The position numbers were made by a program, and so were the translations under genes. From Chthoniobacteraceae bacterium (GTDB taxonomy: Bacteria; Verrucomicrobiota; Verrucomicrobiia; Chthoniobacterales; Chthoniobacteraceae): a DNA stretch of 64,000 nucleotides. Of the stretch, positions 8,601-16,718 are shown one piece after another. The stretch covers positions 1 through 64,000 of the forward strand of contig JANNXQ010000235.1 in assembly GCA_031409655.1 (NCBI GenBank). The letters run 5' to 3'. Position 1 is the stretch's first letter, and each line of letters begins with the position of its first letter. The notes beneath the pieces were generated by a model. The model ran no database searches, had not been told where the DNA came from, and saw nothing but the letters and a program-made list of their open reading frames with translations.

Positions 8601-10683
8601 CGGGCGGAATTTTGGAAACATCGGGACGCTCGAGGTCGATGGCGCGATCAAGGGCGGCGCGAGCGCCACTTCGGGGTTCGTCCGCGTGACCGGGAGGATC
8701 AACTCCGTGGTCATCGGAGACTTGATCGGCGGCGCGGGCGACGACTCCGGGAGGATCGAAGGGGATCCGAGCACCCTCGGCTCTTCCATTGGCAAGGTGA
8801 CCGTCAAGGGTTCGATCGTCGGTGGTGGTGGTGCTCGGTCGGGGGTGATTTCCGCGGGCCAGATCGGCAACGTCACAGTGGAGTCGATCACCGGTGGTAC
8901 CGGGACCAATTCCGGCAGGATCGAGGGCGCCGCGACGGCGAGTGGAAACACCATTGGCAATGTCACGGTCGAAGGCGCGCTGACTGGCGGGATTGGCGGA
9001 GGCTCCGGCGTGATCACGGCGAGCAAGATTGGCAATGTCACGGTCGGCGCGATCACGGGCGGGGCTGGCGAACTCGCCGGGGCCATCCGCACGACGGGTG
9101 AGATCGGCAAGGTGCGGGTCCTCGGAGACGTGACCGGGGGCACTGGCGTGACCTCGGGCGCGATCGTCGTGCAGACGAAGGGCGGGGCCATTACGATCGA
9201 GGGCGATCTGATCGGCGGCACCAGGGATAATGCCGGGGCCATTGCCACTTTCGGCAGCATCGCCAGTGTGACCGTGGCCGGCGCGATCGTCGGAGGGAGC
9301 GGGACGAATGCGGGCTCGATTGTTGGCGACGTGAATTCCGCCACGTCCGTCGGCTTTGTCGTGGTGAAAGGGGCCGTCACGGGCGGCGCGGGATCCAGTT
9401 CCGGGCGGATCGCGGCGGGGCGGCTGGGTGACGTCACGGTCGATAGCCTCGCTGGAGGGAGTGGCGTCAGTTCCGGCTCGATCTTTAGCAATACTTCGCT
9501 CGGCAAAGTGGTGGTGACCCGCGATGTGGTTGGCGGAAACAGCGTCGTGGGTTCGGCGACCGGGACGGCAAATTCGTCAGGGACCATCAGTGCGGTCCAG
9601 GCGATCTCGTCGGTCAATGTCGGCGGCACTCTCCAGGGCGGCTCGGGGGTCAATTCCGGGGGCATTTCGGGCGCGAGCGCCGGTTCGATCACGATCGTCG
9701 GCGCCATCGCCGGCGGGGCTGGGGTCAACAGCGGAGCGATCGTCTTCTCGACTGACGTGAAGAGCCTTTCCATCGGTGAAAACTCGCAAGGTGATTCGCT
9801 GAAGGGTGGCGCGGGAGTGCAATCGGGTCGGGTCGCGATCACGGGGGATCTGGCCAATGGCGCTCTCTCCGGGAACATCCGCGGCGGGACGAGTGATCTC
9901 ACGGGTGGGTTCATCGTCAGCGGGGATCTCAAAAAGGTGGACATCGGAGGGAGCATCATCGGCGGCGATTCCGCGACCGGGACGGTGCGGGTGAACACCG
10001 GCTACCTCCAGGCAGGCCTCCTCGTGAAGGGCACCATTGATGGCAGTGTGACGGCCGGGACCAATGGCGGAGTCAGCCTCGCGAACAGCGGCGTCATCCG
10101 CACGGGCCGCATTCAGGACCTCACCATTGGCGGCAATGTCATCGGCAACGCGAACGTCGCGGCGGTGATTTCCGCGGCGGCGACCATCGACACAAACAAC
10201 GTGGGCATCGCGAAATTGCTGATCAAGGGGAACGCGGACTTCGCCGAGATCCTGTCTGGCTACGGCGGGGTGACGACGAGTGGATTCCGCGGCCAGTTGA
10301 CCAGTGCGGATGCGCAGATCGGCACCGTGGAAATCCGCGGCACGACGCACAGTACGAACATCGTCGCCGGCGCGGCCGCGGGCCCGGGCGGACGCTTTGG
10401 CGATGCGACGGACGTCATCGCCAGCGGCGGCACCGTGCGCAATAGCGCGAGCGTCATCTCGCAGATCGCGAATGTCATCCTCAAGGGCACCATCCTCGCA
10501 AATGCCGACACCTTCGGCATCGTCGCGCAGCACCTCCTCGCGGTGAAGCTCGGCACGGCGGGCACCGCGCTCGCCGGCCTGACCAAAGGCGCCGGCAATG
10601 ACACTGCGACGCCGCTGCCCGACGCGAGTGACGAGATCGGCGCTGCGGGATCGAAATTCCGGGCCGTGGAACTCGCGGTCTGA
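2608..10683 (+). CDS. Giant surface protein/adhesin: about 15 Calx-beta repeats plus a C-terminal Gly-rich beta-solenoid module
   Basis: ATG 2608 gives MKHLLIEPLESRIAPA; repeated 'EG..G...FTVTLS....VTVNY.T.DGTA....DF....GTLTFA.GET...I..D...E.DE.F.V.L' units; from ~8100 a DVDGD motif followed by about 18 ~26-aa IG.V.V.G.I.GG.G..SG repeats. Confidence 0.9.
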   Translation: MKHLLIEPLESRIAPATLAINSVSLTEGDSGEKDFTFLVTLSDPPPSGNVTVNFRTVDGTAIDGVGDGENAVADFTALTGTLTFAPGTTTQNITIKVKGDVVGENDETFSVLLEMPSDGTTITTNTGTGTLLNDAKLSINSLAQFEGNTGLTPYAFTVTLTEGPLSGDVTVEYLTRDGVADANSNSDAATLANNDYVQILPSALLFPAGTATQTITAQVVGDTVQEKLENFRVLLQNPVGATVTGTGIGVGEIRNDPLRVSSVTQVEGNAGVTNMVFQVELSDYAGGYPARVAYSTPSSTAVAGQDFSSTAGTLIFAEGETLKTISVPIYGDGVAESNEVFNLQAVATFVAPTGGGAVLAPFTTTGTGTILNDEATVGFSTLNRTLAEGSVGTIAATFTVNLVGTHSGPVTVHYRTINGSGVRGAVGGSDFTAVTDSTLVFQPGESSRNLTIDYLGDVTPELTEDFQVEIFQVDAPGLATTITSPLATGVIRNDDASVSIAADAAATEGNLGTKQFGFTVTLNNPLPADVVLQYITKDGTAKDGVGDAVDVVSDYVPVTAGSVTILAGQTTARLFVAVRGDLTKEGDETFSVELADPPLDTLLGTRLATATITEDDPGVSIGDVTIVEGNAGTNTALFTITLTEAPSATQTVTVNFATADGTARSVEERQDYLGQTGMVTFAAGQTVQTVAVQIAGDLRYEADETFFVNLTTATLTTTTPAPVPTDPPVATTAPYSIHDGQGLGTIRDTALGVRLDPRPTLAITSAGGVAENGASGAIFTVTLSAVADDTVTVNYATAAGTAVVGDFAAQAGILTFAPGEISKEITVVVNGDTTIEADEAFQVLLSAGSIAVGGGQTVLLAPASASATILNDDSSVAFFGPAPTFTEGGTGTMDFIVRLTGGNTAPVVVNYTTREAGAGAGFARAGSDFTTKAGTLNFAVGETEKTISVAVLNDLADEDNQTFEVVLSSVTNATGAGAVAVGTIVDNDAAPTVQIAPTLSIVEGDSNSTAGFAVTLSAASDKAITVKYATAPGTAASPADFTAVALTTLTFAPGEISKAIPVTIIGDTRDEANEAFTVTLSEPSATVTLGNAISTATIVDNDATPVLSFADVSGLESATPLDFTVRLSAASGLPVSVTYNTVNGTATAGSDFTTATGLLTIAPGDLEATIRVPITSDTTDELAEKFQVRLSAPTNASILNVDATGTILTDDNTFSIQSVTVAEEGAGDTAQTVTLRVSRTGTLASSVQYATVNGTALSTGARPDFTAKSGTLTFAAGEAFKDITVAITKDANYEFDENFTVALSNAVDGIIAVGPTGTGTVTIANSDVAPTLSLEASTATEGVGGGQIFFRALLTAANEREEPTVQFETIDGTAVSSGIFRDFTALASELRFANGSTAQNIVLNVTQDTIDEDDQTFLVRLKNPNLVAFTGGGATTTAIGTIVDNDPAPGLSVSDLSIGENESGLAGKVFTVTLSSESERPVTVNWSTVEGTAKAGLDFTASPATLLTFAPGEKTKTVFVPVLDDALDEAAETFEVVLATPTNATLTDARGLGTIPANDANQQPVVSINDVSVVEGDALGEALFTVSLSQASGRAVTVNFQTADGTAKASGPFADYTARTGTVTFAAGETTKTIAIPILGDIFREGVAQFAEADTNYTLADEKFTVVLSTPTNATINDGTGEAVIGNGSDTVIGVVVTDVAVVEGASGTRDATFAFQLSSPSVGAVTLSAATRNGTAIAGSDFTGLAQAVTFAGDTTISETVDGMTVEKTRPGATTATFTVRVAGDSVFESTESFFVDLGGISGNVAIVGAAANGQLAVRGTIYNDDFQVLNNGQTIKYVDVDGDLVTVSTTRGRIDGSQLTFVAAGTVGGLQLQTVNLLGNLNSYAGASISITADPQPGFSGVTDGQVNVGQITAAVRQGDQLQFIGVDLGNVTVEGDLGRIIAGDSFSNPALRTLDVISLGALGTTTGASSTQSDVLGPIGKVHVHDTLEGILLVVGRNFGNIGTLEVDGAIKGGASATSGFVRVTGRINSVVIGDLIGGAGDDSGRIEGDPSTLGSSIGKVTVKGSIVGGGGARSGVISAGQIGNVTVESITGGTGTNSGRIEGAATASGNTIGNVTVEGALTGGIGGGSGVITASKIGNVTVGAITGGAGELAGAIRTTGEIGKVRVLGDVTGGTGVTSGAIVVQTKGGAITIEGDLIGGTRDNAGAIATFGSIASVTVAGAIVGGSGTNAGSIVGDVNSATSVGFVVVKGAVTGGAGSSSGRIAAGRLGDVTVDSLAGGSGVSSGSIFSNTSLGKVVVTRDVVGGNSVVGSATGTANSSGTISAVQAISSVNVGGTLQGGSGVNSGGISGASAGSITIVGAIAGGAGVNSGAIVFSTDVKSLSIGENSQGDSLKGGAGVQSGRVAITGDLANGALSGNIRGGTSDLTGGFIVSGDLKKVDIGGSIIGGDSATGTVRVNTGYLQAGLLVKGTIDGSVTAGTNGGVSLANSGVIRTGRIQDLTIGGNVIGNANVAAVISAAATIDTNNVGIAKLLIKGNADFAEILSGYGGVTTSGFRGQLTSADAQIGTVEIRGTTHSTNIVAGAAAGPGGRFGDATDVIASGGTVRNSASVISQIANVILKGTILANADTFGIVAQHLLAVKLGTAGTALAGLTKGAGNDTATPLPDASDEIGAAGSKFRAVELAV

Positions 10684-10813
10684 GGCGCGAGGCTTTTCCC
10701 GAAAGCATGAGCGTCGTCACCTTCCTCATCTCTAAATCCGGCCTTGAGTTTCCTCGCTCCTCCAACTTCCGCCTTGCCAATGACGCTTCGCTGCGCAGAC
10801 TTCGGGCGGTTCC

Positions 10814-10884
10814 GCGGGTATAGCTTAGTGGTAAAGCGCCAGCCTTCCAAGCTGGCCAGGAGGGTTCGATTCCCTCTACCCGCT
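10814..10884 (+). tRNA. tRNA-Gly(TCC); CCA not encoded
   Basis: Acceptor stem GCGGGTA/TACCCGC, D-arm TAGCTTAGTGGTAAAGC, anticodon arm CCAGC-CTTCCAA-GCTGG, T-arm GAGGG-TTCGATT-CCCTC. Confidence 0.95.
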
Positions 10885-11133
10885 CTCCCCGCCGCGGGCG
10901 AAAATTCCGGATTCCAAGGGGTCAGTGGCGCGGGTGGGCGGGACTGGGGCCGCACCCGATGGGAGAATGCTCTGGCCGTACTTTCGTTTCCGCTCGTGGA
11001 GATTTGTTTGGAATTTGGAATCTGGAGTTTCGCCTTTCGCATTGCTTCGGCGGGGGCCTTCGGATAACTCCCGTCGGCTTCGTTCCCACGCTTCGAACGA
11101 CATCCCGAGCACGCGCTTATCTCTCACTTTTTC

Positions 11134-12906
11134 ATGACCCGCCCCCGGCTTTGGATTGCTATTCTGCTCGCGGGCGCGGCCCTCGACGGGGCGCTCTTCG
11201 GGCAGCAGTCCACGGGCGGGACGAGCGGGGGGACCACGGGCTCCGGCACTGGAACGGGAAGCTCGGGCGGGACTTCCGGTTCCGGCCGGAGCGGCACGAG
11301 CAATACGGGCGTGGCGCCGGGCATCACCACGGGCAATTTGCCCAGCGGGACGACTGGCTCCAGCGGCACGACGGGGGCGACGGGCACCGGGACTGGGGGA
11401 AGTGCGACTGGAACGACGACGGACAAACCTCCCACCGCGACGGACAGCGGCGCGGCTTCGGCTTTCGGGAAACCCGCGGATGGTACGGGCACCAAGCCCG
11501 AGGAAAAGCCGGCGGGAACTCCGGCCGCCGATGGCGGCTCCACGACGCCCTCTGAGCCAGCGACGACTTTCGAGGTGCCGAGCGTCATTCCGGGCCGACC
11601 ATCGGAGACCCTGAGCCCGGGCTTCGGACGACTCGCGAAGCCCCGCTTCCGCTTCACGAGTTCGGTGGCCGTCGGCTTCGATGACAATATCTTCGGCTCG
11701 CCGACCAATGGCTTTTCCATCCCGGATCGCAAAGTCGAAGTCCTCGTCACGCCAGCCATTCCCGCGCGTGTCGTTTTTGTCCCGGATCCTCCGTCCACGC
11801 GCCTCACACCCCCATTTCCACCTCCCACTTTCCGTCCGGTCGTCATTCCGGAAGTGCCTGCGGTCACGCAGGAGATTGTGATCCCCGGCATCAAGGCTCC
11901 GGAGCGCGAAGCCAGCCTCGTCGAGCGCGCGAATGTCGGGGCGCAGGTTCAGTTCGCTTCGCGGCGCACCCTCTTCACCCTCGACCTGCGCCTCGGCGTG
12001 GAGAATACCAATGCCAAGCCGCGTGATCAGCCGGAGTTCACGGGCAGCCTGGGCGCAAGTTTCGTGCATAAGCTCACGCCGCGTCTGCAATGGACGGCCG
12101 GGGTCGATGCCTCCTTGAGCTCGCAGCCCGACCTCTCGCGGATCAACACCCCGACCAACGTGACCGGCGGAACTTATCTGGATGCGGTCGCCCGCACCGG
12201 GCTTTCCTACCGCTGGACGCCGCGGATCACGACCTCCGGAAGCCTCACCTATCACTCGCTCTCCTACTCTCAAATTGCCGATCAAAGCAGCGACTACGGG
12301 GACGTCACCCTCAGTCTCGAGGGCCGCTACCTTTACACTCCCCGGCTGACCCTCCTCGGCGAACTGCGTCGTTCCCAGATCTCCTACGCGAACTCCGTCG
12401 CGCGCGACTCGTCCACGAATTTCATCCTCTTCGGCGGAGATACCACGCTCAGTCGCCGCACCACTTTCACCCTCCGTACTGGTGCCGCGATCCGGGAATC
12501 CGACGGAGGCGATCAGTCCATCTCCCCATATCTGGAGATGAATGTGGGCTACCGCCTCAACCGCGGGTCGGTGCTCGGTTGGAACACCCGTTACGGCTTT
12601 GAAGAGCCCGGTGATTCCACCAGCAAGGTGCTCACCTTGCGCACGGGCATCAACTATCGCCAGTTTTTCACCCCGCGCCTCCGGGCCACTGCAGGGGCCA
12701 ATATCCTCTACAGCACCACGTCGAACCTCATCACCGACGATGCCACCACGCAGATCACCTTCGATACCTCGCTCGGGTTTGACTACAGCATCAATCGCCA
12801 CTGGACTTTGACCGGCTCCTACAGTTTCACGACGAATTTTTCAGACGATGAATTCTCGGAATACTACCGCAATCGGCTTTTCCTCGGCCTCGAGTACCAG
12901 TTTTGA
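11134..12906 (+). CDS. Outer-membrane beta-barrel protein, polysaccharide-export associated
   Basis: Signal peptide, G/T/S-rich linker, alternating amphipathic strands, C-terminal beta-signal RLFLGLEYQF; first gene before wzc and OPX. Confidence 0.8.
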   Translation: MTRPRLWIAILLAGAALDGALFGQQSTGGTSGGTTGSGTGTGSSGGTSGSGRSGTSNTGVAPGITTGNLPSGTTGSSGTTGATGTGTGGSATGTTTDKPPTATDSGAASAFGKPADGTGTKPEEKPAGTPAADGGSTTPSEPATTFEVPSVIPGRPSETLSPGFGRLAKPRFRFTSSVAVGFDDNIFGSPTNGFSIPDRKVEVLVTPAIPARVVFVPDPPSTRLTPPFPPPTFRPVVIPEVPAVTQEIVIPGIKAPEREASLVERANVGAQVQFASRRTLFTLDLRLGVENTNAKPRDQPEFTGSLGASFVHKLTPRLQWTAGVDASLSSQPDLSRINTPTNVTGGTYLDAVARTGLSYRWTPRITTSGSLTYHSLSYSQIADQSSDYGDVTLSLEGRYLYTPRLTLLGELRRSQISYANSVARDSSTNFILFGGDTTLSRRTTFTLRTGAAIRESDGGDQSISPYLEMNVGYRLNRGSVLGWNTRYGFEEPGDSTSKVLTLRTGINYRQFFTPRLRATAGANILYSTTSNLITDDATTQITFDTSLGFDYSINRHWTLTGSYSFTTNFSDDEFSEYYRNRLFLGLEYQF

Positions 12907-13010
12907 ACGCACGTCCTCCTCGCCCCACTAAGACCACACTCTGCGCGGTTGCGAATGACTCCTGCTCACGATAGCCTCCAAATCGCAACTTTTTCCTCTG
13001 CCCTCCACCT

Positions 13011-15203
13011 ATGAACGATACCTCTGAGGTAAAACTGCATTTCCTCGATTACTGGCGCGTCATCAAGATGCGGCTCGGCCTGATCATGCTGGCCTTTTTC
13101 CTCGTCATGGTCACGGCGGGCGTCACCACGTACTTCCTCCCGCGCGAGTATTATTCGAAGGTTTCGATGGAGGTGAAGCCGGATAATTCCGGACCGATCA
13201 ATCCGTTCGGCGGGAGTCAGGGGCGCACTTACGATCCGCAGTTCGTGGCCACGCAGTTTCAGATCCTGCAAAAGACCGAGATTCTCTATCCCGTCATCGA
13301 ACGTCTGAATCTTATCCTCGAACTTTCGCCCCCGGGCATGACCCTGCCGAAGCAGGCCATCTTCGGAAAGCTCCGGCGCATGATGAGCCTCCAGGAGGCG
13401 CGCAATACTGGCTTGATCGAGATTGGCATCTACCATACTGACGCGCAGCTCGCGGCGAACATCGCGAACACCATTGCTGTCGTTTATCAGGAAGCGCGGC
13501 AGATTGAGATTAGCAAAGGCGTGAACAGTGGGTTGCAGCAGCTCGATGAAGAAGTCGCCAAGCAGCGGAAGATCGTTTTCGATGCCCAGAAGGAAGCCGG
13601 GCGGATTCGCGCGGCTAAAGGGATCAATGACCCTGATCCGGAGAACTACAGTTCTCAGCCGGGCAAACAGGACCGCGCCATGGTGGCCAATCAAGCCAGC
13701 GTGATGCAGCAGGCGAACAACGTGGCCGCGATGCGCGTGACGCTCCAGCAGATCGAGGGGCTCAAGCCGGAGGAACTCCAGGAAGCCCTCCGCCAACTCG
13801 GGATCGAGGAGCCGATGGTCTCGCGGAGTCTCTCTGATCTGCAACTCGCGACGGTCACCGAGGCTCGCTTGCTCAGCTCCGGCTTGGGCGAAAATCACTG
13901 GAAGATCAACGCTCTGCGGGCGGAGAAGGAAGCGAATCAAAAAATGCTCACCGAGCAGTTGGAGAGTGTGCGCCGGGCGCAGGCGATCCGACTGCGTGGC
14001 GCGGAGGCGACCTTGGAAAGCCTGGAGAAAGAACTCGGCAAATCCGAAGCCGAACAGCTCAAGGAAAAGCAGGACGTCATCGACTACAGCGACGCCAAGA
14101 CGGCCTATATCCAGGCCCGCCGCATCCTCGATACGGCCGAACTCTCGCTCAAGAGCGAGCGCATGAAGGTGGGCATCAGTTCCGCCGTTGCGAAGATCTG
14201 GGAAAAGGCCGAGCCCGCCGTGTATCCCTCCCGCCCGAATGTGCCGACTTACATGGCGCTGGCGGCCGTCGTCGGTCTCGTCGTCGGTGTCGGTTTGGCG
14301 TTCTTCATCGAGTATCTCGACACCAGCGTGAAGACGCTGGACGACGTCGAGCGTTACCTCCAGATCCCGGTCCTCGCGGTCATTCCGAAGGACATCACCA
14401 TCCTGATAAAGACGGGGCTCGAAGTCGCCGATGCCGAGGCCTACCGAATCCTGCGAGCGAACATCGAATTCAACAAACCCAACCGCGACGCCAATACTTT
14501 CACCCTCATCAGCGGCGGCCCGGGCGAAGGCAAATCCACGACGCTGAACAACCTCGCCTACACCTGCGCGAAAGGCGGCTACAACGTGCTCGTCGTCGAT
14601 GCCGACTTGCGCCGCCCGTCGCAGCATCACTTTTTCGATGCGGATAATTCCGTGGGCCTCACTGACTACCTCACCGGCAAGAGCGACATCGAGGAGATCA
14701 CCCGCACGACGAAGATCGACAACCTCTCCTTCATCCCGAGCGGTCAGATCATCGGCGGCGATGTGGGCGTGCTCAATTCGCAGCGCATGACTGATCTCAT
14801 GGCGCGCGTGAAGCAGCAGTATGATCTCGTCTTCTTCGACTCCCCGCCCATCCTTGGCGTCAGCGATGGTGCGGTGCTCACCAGTCAGGTGGACATGACC
14901 ATCATGGTCGTCCAGCACCGCCGCTTCCCGCGGGCCATGCTGCTCCGCGTAAAACAGGCCGTGACGCAGGTCGGAGGCCGGCTCATCGGCGTGGTGCTGA
15001 ACAACGTGGATGCCCGCCACGACGACAGCTACGGCTACTACAACACCTACGCCGACTACTACGCGCCGCAGACTGGCGCGGGCAAACGCAAGGCCGCGAA
15101 GGCCGCCAAGGTCGCCGCCGCTGCCGCGCCGCTCGCCGCCAATCCCGCGGCAACTGCGACCGCGCGTCCGCGGCGCACGACCACGGAGAGCGAAGACTAC
15201 TGA
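13011..15203 (+). CDS. wzc: Polysaccharide co-polymerase / BY-kinase (Wzc/GumC family)
   Basis: Two TMs around a coiled-coil domain, Walker A GPGEGKST, VDADLRRP, VFFDSPP, C-terminal Tyr cluster YGYYNTYADYY. Confidence 0.92.
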   Translation: MNDTSEVKLHFLDYWRVIKMRLGLIMLAFFLVMVTAGVTTYFLPREYYSKVSMEVKPDNSGPINPFGGSQGRTYDPQFVATQFQILQKTEILYPVIERLNLILELSPPGMTLPKQAIFGKLRRMMSLQEARNTGLIEIGIYHTDAQLAANIANTIAVVYQEARQIEISKGVNSGLQQLDEEVAKQRKIVFDAQKEAGRIRAAKGINDPDPENYSSQPGKQDRAMVANQASVMQQANNVAAMRVTLQQIEGLKPEELQEALRQLGIEEPMVSRSLSDLQLATVTEARLLSSGLGENHWKINALRAEKEANQKMLTEQLESVRRAQAIRLRGAEATLESLEKELGKSEAEQLKEKQDVIDYSDAKTAYIQARRILDTAELSLKSERMKVGISSAVAKIWEKAEPAVYPSRPNVPTYMALAAVVGLVVGVGLAFFIEYLDTSVKTLDDVERYLQIPVLAVIPKDITILIKTGLEVADAEAYRILRANIEFNKPNRDANTFTLISGGPGEGKSTTLNNLAYTCAKGGYNVLVVDADLRRPSQHHFFDADNSVGLTDYLTGKSDIEEITRTTKIDNLSFIPSGQIIGGDVGVLNSQRMTDLMARVKQQYDLVFFDSPPILGVSDGAVLTSQVDMTIMVVQHRRFPRAMLLRVKQAVTQVGGRLIGVVLNNVDARHDDSYGYYNTYADYYAPQTGAGKRKAAKAAKVAAAAAPLAANPAATATARPRRTTTESEDY

Positions 15204-15213
15204 TCCCCACGTT

Positions 15214-15921
15214 ATGCGTTCGCTTGCTCTCCTCTTCACGTTTCTCGTCGGCTTTGCCGCGCCGCTCTGGGCGCAGACTCCGGTGCTCCGCTCGGCCCCG
15301 ACGCTCCGCCCCGTGCCCGTCGCGCGCGCTGAGGCCGCGCCGCCGCGAGCCGAGCCAGTCGCGCCGCGGGCAGTCGCTGCCGCTCCCGCGCCTTACTATG
15401 CGCCGCCGCCGTCCAGCGGGGACTCCCAGCAAGGCACGGCCACCCTCCGCGCTGGCGACAGTTTTGAAATGCGCCTCAGCGGGATGGAGGCACCCTATGG
15501 CGATGAGTTCGCGCGCCCCTATCTCGTCGATTCGGACGGCACGGTGAACTTCCCCTACATCAAGGAAGTGCGCGCCGATGGCTACACGCCCGGCCAACTC
15601 GAGCGGATCGTCCAGCAGAAGCTCATCACGGCGAAAATATTCACCAATCCCACGGTGAACATCACCATGCAGACCACCGCTCGGGTGGTGGCCGTCACGG
15701 GCGGGGTGCGTTCTCCGCAGCGCCTCCCCTGGACGCCGAATCTCACTTTGCGGACGGCCGTGAATCTCTGCGGCGGCATCGGTGACTTCGGCAATGGCAA
15801 AGGCGTGCGCCACATTCGCGAAGGCAAACTGAACGGCGTTTACGATCTGAAAAAGCTGCAGAAAGATCTCACGCTCGATCCGAAGCTTCTCCCCGGCGAT
15901 CAGGTGGACGTGCCGGAGTAA
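15214..15921 (+). CDS. Short OPX/Wza-family polysaccharide export protein (Poly_export plus SLBB)
   Basis: LRAGD, VDSDGTVNFPYI, VAVTGGVRSP and DPKLLPGDQVDVPE; ATG at 15214; signal peptide with no lipobox Cys. Confidence 0.85.
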   Translation: MRSLALLFTFLVGFAAPLWAQTPVLRSAPTLRPVPVARAEAAPPRAEPVAPRAVAAAPAPYYAPPPSSGDSQQGTATLRAGDSFEMRLSGMEAPYGDEFARPYLVDSDGTVNFPYIKEVRADGYTPGQLERIVQQKLITAKIFTNPTVNITMQTTARVVAVTGGVRSPQRLPWTPNLTLRTAVNLCGGIGDFGNGKGVRHIREGKLNGVYDLKKLQKDLTLDPKLLPGDQVDVPE

Positions 15922-15941
15922 GGGCGGACGGGGCGGCGAGA

Positions 15942-16574
15942 TCAGGCGGCCTGAATGAGGCTCCGGTGCTTCCAGAGGTAGCCGGCGCCGGAGGAAAGCG
16001 TGAGCCCTAGCGAGAGCGCGATTAGCGCCTTGCCGCCGTAGTGCCAGGCGTGCGCCCACCAGTAGAGCCCGTGGATCAGGCCCGCGCGCTCACATTCCAG
16101 GAGCGTCAGGAGGAGGAGGAAATAGATCACCGTCACCATCTGCCAGGCGGTCTTGTGTTTCCCGAGTTTCTCGGACGGCAGCACCGTGCCCTTGCTCGCC
16201 GCGAGCAGGCGCAGGCCAGTGATCAGAAATTCCCGGCTGATGATCACGATCGCCGCCCACGCCGGGATGGCGTGCTCCGGGATCAGGCAGATGAAGGCTG
16301 CCGCCATCATGACTTTGTCCGCGAGCGGGTCCATGAGCTTGCCGAAATCCGTGACCAGATTCCTTTTCCGCGCGATCTCGCCGTCCAGATAATCCGTGAT
16401 CGCCGCAGCCACAAAAAGCGCCAGCCCCGCCGAATATCCCCAGCTCCAGCTCGGCAGTGCCGGCCACCAAGCCGCGTCCCCCGGCGGCGTCCAGCGCCAG
16501 GCGAGGGTCATCGACGCCACGAAACCTGCCGTGAGGTAAAAGCGGGCGACCGTCAGGCGGTTCGGCAGATTCAT
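15942..16574 (-). CDS. pgsA: CDP-diacylglycerol--glycerol-3-phosphate 3-phosphatidyltransferase
   Basis: MNLPNRLT; CDP-alcohol phosphotransferase motif DYLDGEIAR...FGKLMDPLADK; GKHKTAWQM. Confidence 0.92.
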   Translation of the reverse strand: MNLPNRLTVARFYLTAGFVASMTLAWRWTPPGDAAWWPALPSWSWGYSAGLALFVAAAITDYLDGEIARKRNLVTDFGKLMDPLADKVMMAAAFICLIPEHAIPAWAAIVIISREFLITGLRLLAASKGTVLPSEKLGKHKTAWQMVTVIYFLLLLTLLECERAGLIHGLYWWAHAWHYGGKALIALSLGLTLSSGAGYLWKHRSLIQAA

Positions 16575-16718
16575 GCGTGGCAGGGTGTCATCACCCGTTC
16601 GTCGTGGTTTTCAATTTGACGCGCACTCTGCCGCCCGGCTCCGCTCGGCCTCAATCGCCAAATCGCCAAATTTCAGTTTGAGAGTCCCGCGGCACTCTCC
16701 TCGCTACGTAGAGGCGCG

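Noticed and set aside
3811..10533. Long minus-strand ORFs (964, 472, 489, 318 aa) and similar antisense ORFs elsewhere
   Set aside because: Shadows of GC-rich, codon-biased genes on the opposite strand; Arg/Gly-rich with no recognisable motifs.
10814..11130. tRNA-Gly as an island insertion site
   Set aside because: I found no duplicate of the tRNA 3' end and no adjacent integrase.
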